Assembly: GCA_913020725.1 (NCBI GenBank)
Contig: CAJWCD010000028.1
Location: 1 to 29,341, forward strand
Direction of reading: 5' to 3'
Source: an uncultured Pseudomonadota bacterium
GTDB taxonomy: Bacteria > SAR324 > NAC60-12
Length of the DNA stretch: 29,341 nt
In this document: one piece after another, positions 1 to 9,153 of the stretch
Layout of the letters: every line of letters begins with the position of its first letter
Numbering within the stretch: the stretch's first letter is position 1
The notes under the pieces: generated by a model
What the model saw: only the letters and a program-made list of their open reading frames with translations
Database searches by the model: none
What the model was told of the DNA's origin: nothing
Position numbers and translations under genes: made by a program

Positions 1-85
1 AACTCCTGAGCAAGCCGAACGTGAGTTCTTGGATGAACTCGCTTGCCACCCTTAATTCATTGTCTCTTTTTTCTGGGCAGGGCCA
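1..85 (+). mobile_element. Right end of an IS3-family-like insertion sequence: transposase (OrfB) C-terminus plus right terminal inverted repeat
   Basis: Frame 2 (2..55) reads TPEQAEREFLDELACHP*, resembling the '...LGYxTPxEAE...' tail of IS3-family OrfB. It is followed by TGTCTCTTTTTTCTGGGCAGGGCCA (61-85), whose reverse complement TGGCCCTGCCC... has the TG...CA IS3-type terminus. The host reading frame resumes exactly at 86. Confidence 0.7.
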
Positions 86-346
86 CCGGACGTGATGCTG
101 TTCGACGAAGTCACCTCCGCGCTCGACCCGGAAACCGTCAAGGAGGTGCTGGTCACGATCAAGGAACTCGCCGAAGAAGGCATGACTTGCGTCCTTGTCA
201 CCCACGAGATGGGCTTTGCTCGCGAACTCGCAGATCACATCTACTTCACGGATCGTGGGGTCATCGTCGAACACGGCCCGCCCGCCACTTTCTTCACCGA
301 AGCCTCCGACCCGCGCACTCAGGAATTCCTCAACCAGATTTTGTAG
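86..346 (+). pseudogene. 3' fragment of a polar amino acid ABC transporter ATP-binding protein (GlnQ-like), interrupted by the IS
   Basis: PDVMLFDEVTSALDPE (Walker B/D-loop) and VTHEMGFA (H-loop) are present. The upstream frame is non-homologous and closed by TAA at 53-55, so Walker A and the signature motif are not contiguous. Confidence 0.8.
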
Positions 347-460
347 GGTTTGTCGACAGAACCGGACTTGCCGATTGCCGAGTTCGACAGAGTGTGTAAA
401 ATTCACTTAGGGATATTGATTCCCTGAAAAATCGCTTTCTGTCATTTCCGAAGGAACCTC

Positions 461-1489
461 ATGCCTAACACAAACCGTCAAATCCTGCTGGCCTCGCGTC
501 CTGTAGGGGAACCCAAACCGAGCGACTTCAAGCTGGTTGAAGCGCAAACCCAACCTCCGGGAGCGGGGCAGGTCTTGTGCCGCACCGTTTACCTCTCGCT
601 CGATCCTTACATGCGTGGTCGCATGAACGCGGGAAAGTCCTATGCCAAACCCGTGGAAATTGGCAGTGTAATGGAGGGGGGCACGGTTGGGCAGGTGCTG
701 GAATCGCAGCATCCGGAGTTTTCCGCAGGGGAAATTGTGTTTGGTTCTGGCGGCTGGCAGGAGTATTTCACGCTGCCCGGAACAGCACTCCGCAAGGTTG
801 ATCCAAAATGGGGGCCAATCTCCACCGCCGTCGGAGTCTTGGGGATGCCGGGTGTGACCGCCTACACGGGTCTGCTCAACATCGGCAAACCGCAAGCGGG
901 CGAAACCGTAGTGGTCGCTGCCGCGTCCGGGGCTGTGGGTTCGGTGGTCGGGCAGATCGCCAAAATCAAGGGTGCACGGGCAGTAGGCGTTGCGGGGTCT
1001 CCGGAAAAGTGCAAGTTCGTCACCGACGAATTGGGCTTTGATGCCTGCCTCAATCACCACGATGCTGACTTTCCCGAACAACTCGGCGCGGCCTGCCCGG
1101 ATGGGATTGATGTTTATTTCGAAAATGTGGGCGGCAAGGTGTTTGAGACCGTGCTGCCGTTGCTCAGCAATTTCGCTCGTATTCCCGTTTGCGGGATGAT
1201 CGCGCACTACAACGCGACCGAACTTCCTCCGGGGCCAAACCTGATGCCGGTGATTCTGCGTAACATTCTTACCAAACGCCTCACCATGCGGGGTTTCATC
1301 GTCTGGGATTTCGCCAAGCAGGAGGCAGAGGCATTGACGACGATGGCGGGTTGGATTCAGGAGAAAAAACTCAAATTCCGCGAGGATATTGTGGAAGGAT
1401 TGGAATCCGCTCCGGAGGTGTTCATTGGGTTGCTCAAAGGCGAAAATTTCGGGAAACTCGTGGTGCGCATTTCTGATGATCCCACCTGA
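461..1489 (+). CDS. NADP-dependent oxidoreductase (PTGR/CurA-YncB-like MDR family)
   Basis: LSLDPYMRGRM, GMPGVTAYTGL, AASGAVGSVVGQIAK, DVYFENVGG and GENFGKLVV motifs; RBS-like GAAGGA upstream. Confidence 0.93.
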   Translation: MPNTNRQILLASRPVGEPKPSDFKLVEAQTQPPGAGQVLCRTVYLSLDPYMRGRMNAGKSYAKPVEIGSVMEGGTVGQVLESQHPEFSAGEIVFGSGGWQEYFTLPGTALRKVDPKWGPISTAVGVLGMPGVTAYTGLLNIGKPQAGETVVVAAASGAVGSVVGQIAKIKGARAVGVAGSPEKCKFVTDELGFDACLNHHDADFPEQLGAACPDGIDVYFENVGGKVFETVLPLLSNFARIPVCGMIAHYNATELPPGPNLMPVILRNILTKRLTMRGFIVWDFAKQEAEALTTMAGWIQEKKLKFREDIVEGLESAPEVFIGLLKGENFGKLVVRISDDPT

Positions 1490-1520
1490 AAAATACGCTT
1501 TGTGACACTGAGATAAAATC

Positions 1521-2564
1521 ATGAAACAACGCTGGAAACACCGACCTGCAGGATCCAACTGGGGCGAATTTGGTCCGGATGATCAACTGGGGCGGCTCAA
1601 CCTGCTCACGCCGGCAAAAGTGCTGCAAGGCGTGGCGGAGGTCAAGGCGGGCCACAGTTTTTGCCTGAGCCTGCCGCTCGACTATCCGGGGGGCAACGTC
1701 CTTAATCCGAGCCGTTTTCCGCCGCGACGCTTTGCCACCGATAACGAGGGGCAGCCACGCTTCAACTATCTGCTCGACGCGCTTGATCCGGACTGGATTG
1801 ATGTGGTCTGCGATGATGCCGTGCTGCTGCACACACAATATTCGACGCAGTGGGACAGCCTCTGCCACATCGGTAGCCAGTTTGACGCAGACGGCGATGG
1901 CGAGGCCGAGATCGTCTATTACAACGGTTGGCGCGGTGGCGAACACATTTTGGGTCCGGAACACCTGAAGTCGGGGGCGCAGGGCTGTGCTCGGCATGAG
2001 GGATCAGAGGCGAGGGCACTCGGCATCGAGAACATGGCGGCGACTGGAGTGCAGGGACGTGCGGTGCTGGTCAATCTTTTTGCTCACTACGGACGCGAAC
2101 GCAAACTGGTGGGTTTTCGGGAATTGCAGGAAATTTTCAAAGAGGACGGCATTGAGATCGAATCTGGAGACATGGTGTGTTTCTACACCGGGTTCGCTGA
2201 TGTCGTGCTGGAGCAGCAGCAGCAGCCCACCGCCGAGGTGCTGGAAAACCGTTGTGTCTGTCTCAACGGACGTGATCCCGCCTTGCTTCAGTGGGTCACA
2301 GACTCCGGAGTGGTTGCCCTGATTGCCGACAACTATGCTGTGGAGGGCATCCCTGCTATGCCCGCCGCAGGACTGCATCCGCGCTTGCCCCTCCACGAAC
2401 ACTGTCTCTTCAAGTTGGGGGTGCATTTGGGTGAGCTGTGGTTCCTCAGCGAACTCGCGGGCTGGCTGGCCAAAAATAACCGTTCCCGCTTCCTACTCAC
2501 CGCACCACCGTTGCGGTTGCCCGGAGCCGTCGGATCACCGACAACGCCGGTGGCAACGGTATGA
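1521..2564 (+). CDS. Cyclase-family (kynurenine formamidase-like) metal-dependent hydrolase
   Basis: SNWGEFGPDDQLGRLN N-terminus, QYSTQWDSLCH metal motif variant, ADNYAVE, GELW and C-terminal PLRLPGAVGSP. Confidence 0.88.
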   Translation: MKQRWKHRPAGSNWGEFGPDDQLGRLNLLTPAKVLQGVAEVKAGHSFCLSLPLDYPGGNVLNPSRFPPRRFATDNEGQPRFNYLLDALDPDWIDVVCDDAVLLHTQYSTQWDSLCHIGSQFDADGDGEAEIVYYNGWRGGEHILGPEHLKSGAQGCARHEGSEARALGIENMAATGVQGRAVLVNLFAHYGRERKLVGFRELQEIFKEDGIEIESGDMVCFYTGFADVVLEQQQQPTAEVLENRCVCLNGRDPALLQWVTDSGVVALIADNYAVEGIPAMPAAGLHPRLPLHEHCLFKLGVHLGELWFLSELAGWLAKNNRSRFLLTAPPLRLPGAVGSPTTPVATV

Positions 2565-2639
2565 GTCAGAAAATCAAACCCACCAGCCTTCTTCCCAATT
2601 TCACAACAGTGATACGAACCTTTTTCTGACGGAAAAACG

Positions 2640-3524
2640 ATGCCGATTTCAGCAGTTCCCCTTGCCAAAAAGACCATTGCGGTGAAGGATCGGACGATGG
2701 CCTACGCCGAGATCGGCACAGGCGATCCGATTGTTTTCCTGCACGGCAATCCCACCTCGTCTTACCTGTGGCGCAAGGTGATGCCGCACTTGGTGGAGTT
2801 GGGGCGCTGTCTGGCTCCGGACCTGATCGGCATGGGGGATTCAGACAAGCTGGACGAAGAAGGTGCGGGGGCTTATCGCTTTGTGCAGCATCGTGAGTAC
2901 CTTGATGCGTGGCTGGAAGCGGTCGGTGTGACCGAAAATGTGGTGTTCGTGGTGCACGATTGGGGCGGGGTACTCGGCTTCGATTGGGCCAATCGCCATC
3001 GTGGTGCAGTGCAAGGGCTGGCCTACATGGAAACCATCGTCTGCCCGGTGACATGGGACGATTGGCCGGCAGACGCGAAGGGCATCTTTCAGGGGTTTCG
3101 TGCCGAATCCGGGGAGCGTTTGATTTTGGAGAAGAACTTGTTTGTCGAGGGTGTTTTGCCCAACGCGGTCCTGCGCGACCTCACCGAAGCGGAAATGGCC
3201 GAGTATCGCCGACCATTCCTCGATGGGGGAGAAACGCGCCGCCCCATGCTCACTTGGCCCCGCGAAATCCCCATCGAGGGTACTCCGGAGGATGTCACCC
3301 AAATCGTCAGTGATTACGGAGCGTGGCTGGCGGCTTCCGAATTGCCCAAGCTTTTCATCAACGCCGACCCCGGTTCGATCCTCGTGGGACGACAGCGGGA
3401 AGTTTGCCGAAGCTGGCCTAACCAAGTGGAAATCACCGTGCCCGGCAACCACTTCATGCAGGAGGATTCTCCGGATGAAATCGGACACGCGGCCGCAGGG
3501 TTCGTCCGCAAGCTGCGCGGTTGA
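2640..3524 (+). CDS. Haloalkane dehalogenase (HLD-II, LinB/DhaA type)
   Basis: HGNPTSSYLWR, APDLIGMGDSDK, VVHDWGG (nucleophile Asp plus halide-binding Trp), YMETIV (Glu), TWPREIP and HFMQEDSP (His). Confidence 0.93.
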   Translation: MPISAVPLAKKTIAVKDRTMAYAEIGTGDPIVFLHGNPTSSYLWRKVMPHLVELGRCLAPDLIGMGDSDKLDEEGAGAYRFVQHREYLDAWLEAVGVTENVVFVVHDWGGVLGFDWANRHRGAVQGLAYMETIVCPVTWDDWPADAKGIFQGFRAESGERLILEKNLFVEGVLPNAVLRDLTEAEMAEYRRPFLDGGETRRPMLTWPREIPIEGTPEDVTQIVSDYGAWLAASELPKLFINADPGSILVGRQREVCRSWPNQVEITVPGNHFMQEDSPDEIGHAAAGFVRKLRG

Positions 3525-3525
3525 A

Positions 3526-4416
3526 TCACCCCACTGAGCGGACAGGATGCGAACTGTCGGAGTTGAGGTCGCTCACCAAGTCTCGGTGGAACGCCCTATA
3601 GCCCGATGCGACCACCTGCCAGCGGGACTTCAGTTGCCCGTGCAGTTGGGGGAGTTGGTGGAAAGGCACCTGTGGGCACACATGGTGTTCGGCGTGGTAG
3701 GGCATGTTCCACATCAGCCAGCGCACCCAGCGGTTGGAAAGCGTGGTGCGTGTGTTCGCTTCCGGATTCGTGCTTTCCTCGCAACCCGTATGTTCGGCCA
3801 ACAGGAAGAGGCGTAAAAACGGCTGTCCAAACAGCAGTGGCAGCAGCCAGTAACACAGCAATCCGCTCCAGCCCAGCATTCCCCAAACAAGACTCCCGCC
3901 GAGCAAACCCAATGCAATCCGGGCTTCGCGGACCACTTGGCGGTGTTCCTGTTCCGGAACGAAGTCATCCCGGATGTCGCCCTGCGCGTGTCGGCTGAGT
4001 TCCAGTAGCCGATCCTTCCAGAACGGCAGTGCCGAAACCCAGCATACATACTGCGCCAACGTCTGTGGTTTCGGCGCGGACAGTTCGGGATCCTTTCCGG
4101 AGATTTGGGGGTGACGGTGATGCGCGTTGTGGAAACGCCGGAAGTGCGTCGCCGGAATCAGCAGTGCAAATCCGCAAAGGGTGGCGATGCGGTCGTTCCA
4201 TTTCCGAGATTGAAACGCAGTGCGATGCACCGTTTCGTGCAGGCAGGCGAAAAAACTCACCCAGACCACGCCCTGCACAATCAGCATCGGCAGCAGCCAT
4301 GCCGTGTTCCACGCGATACTCAACCCCCATGAACTTGCCAGCAGCACTCCCAAATGTCCGGTGAGAGCAAGGCCCCCCTGAGCATTCGAGTAGTTCAGTT
4401 TGAACAGAGGTGTCAT
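3526..4416 (-). CDS. Membrane fatty-acid-desaturase-family di-iron enzyme (MocD-like)
   Basis: His boxes HETVH, HNAHH and HAEHH; HRTAF, DPEL, AEHTG and NTRTT motifs; hydrophobic segments. Start placed at ATG 4416 (MTPLF) rather than 4521. Confidence 0.85.
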   Translation of the reverse strand: MTPLFKLNYSNAQGGLALTGHLGVLLASSWGLSIAWNTAWLLPMLIVQGVVWVSFFACLHETVHRTAFQSRKWNDRIATLCGFALLIPATHFRRFHNAHHRHPQISGKDPELSAPKPQTLAQYVCWVSALPFWKDRLLELSRHAQGDIRDDFVPEQEHRQVVREARIALGLLGGSLVWGMLGWSGLLCYWLLPLLFGQPFLRLFLLAEHTGCEESTNPEANTRTTLSNRWVRWLMWNMPYHAEHHVCPQVPFHQLPQLHGQLKSRWQVVASGYRAFHRDLVSDLNSDSSHPVRSVG

Positions 4417-4613
4417 CAGGCGGATTCTGGGAAACAGCGTATCGAGGCAGTGTTTGCTGCAAAAATCATTCGTAAGGCGAACAATGCCCTCTGCATGGCA
4501 ACACTCCTTGCTTGCCCTCATACTCTCTCAAATTTTGATACAGCACAACGCTTAATTGAAATCTGGACAGAGCACGAGATCGGAATTTCAGACTCGGCCT
4601 CAATGGTTTGCCT

Positions 4614-4626
4614 AAATTAGTTGATT
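4614..4626 (-). promoter_or_regulatory. Candidate IHF-binding site in the AT-rich divergent promoter region
   Basis: Minus strand AATCAACTAATTT matches 12 of 13 positions of WATCAANNNNTTR, with an adjacent A7 tract (about 4634-4640). Confidence 0.35.
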
Positions 4627-4793
4627 TCATGAGAAAAAAAGTTTGTAATGATTTTTTTCGCCGTTATAGTGATTTGTCGTCTGTGGGTTGCCACTGCGGA
4701 CCGAGGGAGTTTTTTCCCGGCCTTCTGGCCCTCTCCAGTTCCGTCCCGTTTGCTTCCACACTTCTCATCACACCGAAACCAGTACGCCAAAAC

Positions 4794-5075
4794 ATGGTGA
4801 AAGTTGATATCATCCGGGCTGTTCAATTCCAGATGCAAATTCAGTTCGGAGAAGCCGAACTGCTAGTCAATCAGGTATTAGACCTGATGAAGGACGCTTT
4901 GGAGAACGGTGAAGACGTGCTGATCACCGGACTGGGGCGTTTTGAACTGCGGGACAAACAGGCCCGTCCGGGACGTGACCCGAGATCCAAGCAAGCTTAC
5001 GAAATCGCAGCCCGTCGTGTTGTCACCTTCCACCCCTCGAAACTCTGGCGGGACGAGTTGAACGGCAAGGATTGA
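4794..5075 (+). CDS. ihfA: Integration host factor alpha-like / HU-family DNA-binding protein
   Basis: ALENGEDVLITGLGRFELRDKQARPGRDP...IAARRVVTFHPS. ATG 4794 gives the expected size of about 93 aa. Confidence 0.8.
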   Translation: MVKVDIIRAVQFQMQIQFGEAELLVNQVLDLMKDALENGEDVLITGLGRFELRDKQARPGRDPRSKQAYEIAARRVVTFHPSKLWRDELNGKD

Positions 5076-5761
5076 TCTCCGTTCCCCCCTTGAATTCTGC
5101 TCCAAAAGCCGTCTGCTTTGACCTCGACGGCACCCTGCTTGATAGCCTCGATGACCTTGCGGACAGCATGAACGCAGCGCTCCGGGAATTTGGGCATCCG
5201 GAGCATCCAACCAACGCCTACCGTTACTTTCTCGGCGATGGTGCACGGGTACTTGTCACCCGGACGCTTCCGGAAGCGCATCGGAATCCGGAAACCGTCG
5301 AGACGGTGTTTCAGTGCTACCAAGCCATCTACCGCAAAAGCTGGCACAACAAAACCCGCCCGTATTCCGGAATCCCGGAATTGCTGGATGCGCTGCAAGC
5401 CCGTGACCTACCCCTCACTGTCCTCTCCAACAAGCCGCACGCCTCCACAGTTGTGTGCGTTGAGGAAATTCTGAAAGACTGGGGATTCAAGGTGATCTTG
5501 GGTCAACGGGATTCTGTGCCGCGCAAGCCGGATCCGGCAGGAGTCTTTGAAATCGCGGAAAAACTTCAACTGGCACCCGGTGATTTTCTCTACCTTGGCG
5601 ACACCGCCATCGACATGCAAACCGCGACCGCTGCCGGATGCGTGACCGTGGGCGTGCTTTGGGGATTCCGAGAGGCAGATGAACTCCGGGAACACGGTGC
5701 GCAGCACCTGATCGCAACGCCGCTGGACTTGCTGAAGTTGCTCCCGCCCGTCCGCGTTTGA
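5072..5761 (+). CDS. HAD-superfamily hydrolase (phosphoglycolate phosphatase-like)
   Basis: FDLDGTLLDS motif I, LSNK, RKPDP, YLGDTAID and GVLWGF. Confidence 0.9.
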   Translation: MISVPPLNSAPKAVCFDLDGTLLDSLDDLADSMNAALREFGHPEHPTNAYRYFLGDGARVLVTRTLPEAHRNPETVETVFQCYQAIYRKSWHNKTRPYSGIPELLDALQARDLPLTVLSNKPHASTVVCVEEILKDWGFKVILGQRDSVPRKPDPAGVFEIAEKLQLAPGDFLYLGDTAIDMQTATAAGCVTVGVLWGFREADELREHGAQHLIATPLDLLKLLPPVRV

Positions 5762-5786
5762 CACGCTCGGAAAATCATCCTACACT
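5758..5786 (+). promoter_or_regulatory. Sigma70-type promoter for the TPP-riboswitch leader
   Basis: TTGACA (5758-5763), 17-bp spacer, TACACT (5781-5786), directly upstream of the aptamer. Confidence 0.75.
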
Positions 5787-5791
5787 GATAG

Positions 5792-5875
5792 TGCTTCGTT
5801 AGGGGTGGTGGTGAAAGTCACCTGAGAGAGTCCCTTCGAACCTGATCTGGATAATGCCAGCGCAGGAAAACAAGC
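5792..5875 (+). ncRNA. TPP (thi-box) riboswitch
   Basis: GGGGTG...CTGAGA...CCCTTCGAACCTGATCTGGATAATGCCAGCGCAGGAA consensus, upstream of the thiamine transporter. CTCCAC (about 5910-5915) can pair with the SD-like GTGGAG (about 5954-5959), suggesting translational control. Confidence 0.95.
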
Positions 5876-5966
5876 TTTTCTCCAAAGGGCCGACCTCCTC
5901 GGCTCTGTCCTCCACGAAGCCTATTCCGAAACTGATGCTTGGCATCATCATCTGTGGAGTTTTCCC

Positions 5967-6986
5967 ATGTTCAAATTCCCGTTCGCCCACCTGCTGTTGG
6001 GCGCAGTCCTCACGTTTTTCATCACAATGCCGGTGCTTGCTCAAACTCCGGACCTCGTGGTCTATACCTACGATTCCTTCAACAGTGAATGGGGGCCGGG
6101 ACCGGTGGTCTTCAAGAGCTTTGAGGAACACTGTGCTTGCACCGTGAAGGTGATCGCCCCCGGAGATTCCGGAACTGTCCTCAGCCGCACCATCCTTGAG
6201 AAGGCCAATCCCAAGGCGGATGTGTTGCTCGGTGTCAATGACAGCGAAGTCCACCGTTCATTCCAGTACAACATCTGGGAACCGTACCGCTCGCCCAACC
6301 TCAAGCACGTTGTCCCGGAGCTTCAGTTGGACCCTCAGCATCGCGTCACGCCCTTTGACCACGGTTACATCGCCTTCGTCTATGATTCTGAGGCGCTGCC
6401 GCATCCACCGCAAAGTCTGGAAGCCCTCACCGATCCGTCCCTCAAGGGCAAGATCGTCATCGAGAGTCCCAAGACCTCCTCGCCCGGACTCTCTTTTTTG
6501 CACTGGACGATTGCGGTCTATGGCGAAGACGGTTATCTCGCCTACTGGAACCGCCTGAAGCCCAACCTGCTCACGATCACCGATGGCTGGTCTGCGGCCT
6601 ACGGCATGTTCACAAAAAGCGAGGTGCCGATTGTGCTGAGCTACATCACGAGTCCAGCGTATCACTTGGAGTACGAAAAAACGGAGCGCTACAAAACCGT
6701 ACTTTTCAAGGAAGGCATGTACCGCCAGATCGAGTTTGCCGGAATTCTCAAGGGGGCTAAGCATCTGGAACGCGCTCGGCAGTTCATTGACTTCATGCTC
6801 ACGGCAGAGTTTCAGGACACGATTCCGTTGACAAACTGGATGTTCCCCGCCGCGCCGCACAGTCCGCTGCCCGCTTCGTTCCGGATCGTGCCCAAGCCGG
6901 AGCTGCACCTCACGCTGGACCGCAGGCGCATTGCGGCCAAGAACTCCGCTTGGCTGCGGGCGTGGTCCCGCACAATGAGCAACTGA
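5967..6986 (+). CDS. thiB: Thiamine ABC transporter substrate-binding protein
   Basis: Signal peptide; VYTYDSFNSEWGPGP, TSSPGLSFL, GWSAAYGMF, VLSYITSPAYH and IPLTNWMFP; downstream of the TPP riboswitch. Confidence 0.95.
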   Translation: MFKFPFAHLLLGAVLTFFITMPVLAQTPDLVVYTYDSFNSEWGPGPVVFKSFEEHCACTVKVIAPGDSGTVLSRTILEKANPKADVLLGVNDSEVHRSFQYNIWEPYRSPNLKHVVPELQLDPQHRVTPFDHGYIAFVYDSEALPHPPQSLEALTDPSLKGKIVIESPKTSSPGLSFLHWTIAVYGEDGYLAYWNRLKPNLLTITDGWSAAYGMFTKSEVPIVLSYITSPAYHLEYEKTERYKTVLFKEGMYRQIEFAGILKGAKHLERARQFIDFMLTAEFQDTIPLTNWMFPAAPHSPLPASFRIVPKPELHLTLDRRRIAAKNSAWLRAWSRTMSN

Positions 6987-6993
6987 CCCGGCC

Positions 6994-8673
6994 ATGACTG
7001 CGGGGCGTTGGATGGTTTGGGGGCTGGGCGGATTCGCCCTCGCCGCCTTTATTGTCGGCTTCTACGGGCCGATCTTGCATTTTCTGATCGGCCCCGATCC
7101 CCTCAACCCTGCAGCTCCGGCCTTGAGCTGGGACATCCTCCGTGAAGTGCTTTCCGATTCGTGGATTCTCGGTATTTTTGGTTTTTCGTTGTTGCAGGCG
7201 TTTTTAAGCGCAGCCCTCTCCATCCTCGTCGCGCTGCCGGGTGCGTGGGTGTTGGCTCGCTACGACTTTCCCGGACGCCGCTGGTTTGAACACCTCACGT
7301 TGCTGCCGTTCCTGCTGCCCACAATTCTGGTGGTGCTGGCGATGGTGCTGTTCTTCGGCAACCGGGGCTGGCTCAATCAAGCCCTCGGCTGGCTCGGTTT
7401 TCCGCAAATTCAGTTCCTCTACTCGCTCTCCGGAATCCTTATCGCCCATGTCTTCTACAACGTCCCGCTCGCGCTCAAGCTCATCTCGGCGGCGTGGATG
7501 CGGCTTTCTGGACAGTACGAACAGGCCGCCCAAATGCTGGGGGCCAACGTTTGGCGACGCTTCCGAACGCTGCTGATTCCGCTGCTGCTGCCTGCGATCA
7601 TCTCGGCTTTTGCCGCCATCTTCTTGCTTTGCCTCAACAGTTTCGCCATCCTGCTCGTGCTGGGCGGCGGGCCAAAGCATACCACGCTGGAGGTGCTGAT
7701 CTACCAGCTCGCCCGCATCGAACTCGACATCCCCCGTGCTGCCTCGCTCTCTTTGCTGCAATCCGGGTTGGCCATTTTTCTGCTCGCGCTGCTTCTGCAA
7801 CTGCGCCCGCCCACGCCTCGGCAACGTCCTCCGAATTTACGAAAGCTCGGCGCCGACCTTCAGAGCAAGTGTCCGGAAGCGTGGTTCGCCCTTGCCGTGT
7901 TGGTGGCCCTCACCACCTTCGCGCTGGGTCCGTTGCTTGCCGTGTTGGTGGATTCTGTGCGCATCTTCAAGCACGGGCAGTGGCACTTCTCTTTCCAAAC
8001 CTATCTCGACCTTTTCGGTTTCCGGGGGAACACACGCTTTCTGGATTCGTTGCGGAACTCCTTTGGGATTGCACTGGGCGGGGCCACCCTCGCAATGCTC
8101 TTGGGCTCCGGAACCTTGCTGCTGATTCTCAACAGCTCCAAGCGGACCCGGCCTTTGCTGGAAGGGGCGTTTTTACTGCCTGTGGCACTCTCCACGGTCG
8201 TGTTCGGCATTGCGTGGTTTCACCTTTACCAGCGTATCCTTGCTGGCCAAGTCGCGCTCGTCTGGGTGATCATCGCCATGCACGGACTGCTGGTCTGTCC
8301 TTACTGGCTGAGGATCATGCTCCCTGCCGCCGAGGCGGTTCCAAGGCAGTGGTTTCAGGTTTCCCGGCTGCTGGGGCACACCTCCGAAACCTTTCTGTGG
8401 CGGGTGCTGCTGCCGTGGCTGCGGCCTTCGCTCGCCACCGCCTTCTTTTTCGCGTTCACGCTCTCACTCGGAGAACTCAACGCCATCCTGATGATTGCCG
8501 ATGACACGGTGCAAACCGTGCCATTGGAGATCTACTCCGCGCTCGGCGGCTATCGGTTCGCCCGGGCCTCGGCACTTGGAGTGGTGCTGTTGTTGGCCTC
8601 GCTGCTACTGCTCGTGTTGCTCAATCTCGGTGCCCAAGGCAGAGTCGGCAGCAATTTCCGAAAAAGAAACTGA
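6994..8673 (+). CDS. thiP: Thiamine ABC transporter permease (duplicated permease domain)
   Basis: FSLLQAFLSA, AHVFYNVPL, EQAAQMLGA (EAA loop), LGGGPKHTTLEVLIYQ and a second repeat with SLGE. Confidence 0.9.
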   Translation: MTAGRWMVWGLGGFALAAFIVGFYGPILHFLIGPDPLNPAAPALSWDILREVLSDSWILGIFGFSLLQAFLSAALSILVALPGAWVLARYDFPGRRWFEHLTLLPFLLPTILVVLAMVLFFGNRGWLNQALGWLGFPQIQFLYSLSGILIAHVFYNVPLALKLISAAWMRLSGQYEQAAQMLGANVWRRFRTLLIPLLLPAIISAFAAIFLLCLNSFAILLVLGGGPKHTTLEVLIYQLARIELDIPRAASLSLLQSGLAIFLLALLLQLRPPTPRQRPPNLRKLGADLQSKCPEAWFALAVLVALTTFALGPLLAVLVDSVRIFKHGQWHFSFQTYLDLFGFRGNTRFLDSLRNSFGIALGGATLAMLLGSGTLLLILNSSKRTRPLLEGAFLLPVALSTVVFGIAWFHLYQRILAGQVALVWVIIAMHGLLVCPYWLRIMLPAAEAVPRQWFQVSRLLGHTSETFLWRVLLPWLRPSLATAFFFAFTLSLGELNAILMIADDTVQTVPLEIYSALGGYRFARASALGVVLLLASLLLLVLLNLGAQGRVGSNFRKRN

Positions 8674-8745
8674 CATCCTTTGAAAATTTTTGGTAATCTA
8701 GTGACTCGCACTTGTTGAACCAAGACGTGTTGCACGGGGGAGTTC

Positions 8746-9129
8746 ATGGAAGAGACGGAAAATTTGGAGCAGCCTTCTGAGCGTCAACGCGCCGTTGAGG
8801 ACTGCTTAGAGGAAGCAATTCTTGAGTACGCGATTGGTGTTTTCCCCTATGCGGAGGCACTGGAACTGATCCCCGGTTACCGCCCGGAGTCCATCCGCAA
8901 CACCCTCTTCCAGATGATTGACGAGGGCACAGTCAAGGTGGGATTCTATTACGAGGAGATGCAGGAGAACCTCACGCTCTTCTACTTCCTCTGCGTGGAT
9001 GGCGAAACGCACATCGTCTTCGGGCTGGACCCCAACCATGTGCAGGTGAGCATCACCGCAGACACCAACGGCATCTTTCGCATCAACGACGAGCAGTACC
9101 TCGACATCCTCCAAGTGCCACTCAACTGA
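8746..9129 (+). CDS. Hypothetical, strongly acidic 127-aa protein
   Basis: RBS GGGGAG upstream and genome-like codon usage; no family recognised. Confidence 0.75.
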   Translation: MEETENLEQPSERQRAVEDCLEEAILEYAIGVFPYAEALELIPGYRPESIRNTLFQMIDEGTVKVGFYYEEMQENLTLFYFLCVDGETHIVFGLDPNHVQVSITADTNGIFRINDEQYLDILQVPLN

Positions 9130-9153
9130 CCCTCTCCTTTTTCTGACTTCTTC

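Noticed and set aside
43..399. 118-aa ORF at the window start
   Set aside because: Off-frame overlap spanning the IS end and the ABC ATPase fragment.
347..430. TCGACAGA direct repeat and a short AGGGA/TCCCT hairpin
   Set aside because: Only two 8-bp copies and a 5-bp stem; not CRISPR- or REP-like.
407..1558. 383-aa minus-strand ORF
   Set aside because: Antisense shadow of the oxidoreductase gene; no motifs, expected from GC-rich codon bias.
2640..3524. Possible Renilla-type luciferase
   Set aside because: Retains HGNP and the complete dehalogenase catalytic set; nothing in the sequence favours luciferase function.
4608..4793. N-terminal extension of the IHF-like ORF
   Set aside because: AT-rich promoter-like sequence; homology starts at ATG 4794.
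7494..8504. 336-aa alternate-frame ORF inside thiP
   Set aside because: Arg/Ala/Pro-rich off-frame translation fully overlapping a well-supported gene.
8681..8695. TGAAAATTTTTGGTA, resembling 29202-29217
   Set aside because: Low-complexity match; no IS terminus or transposase follows, so likely coincidence.
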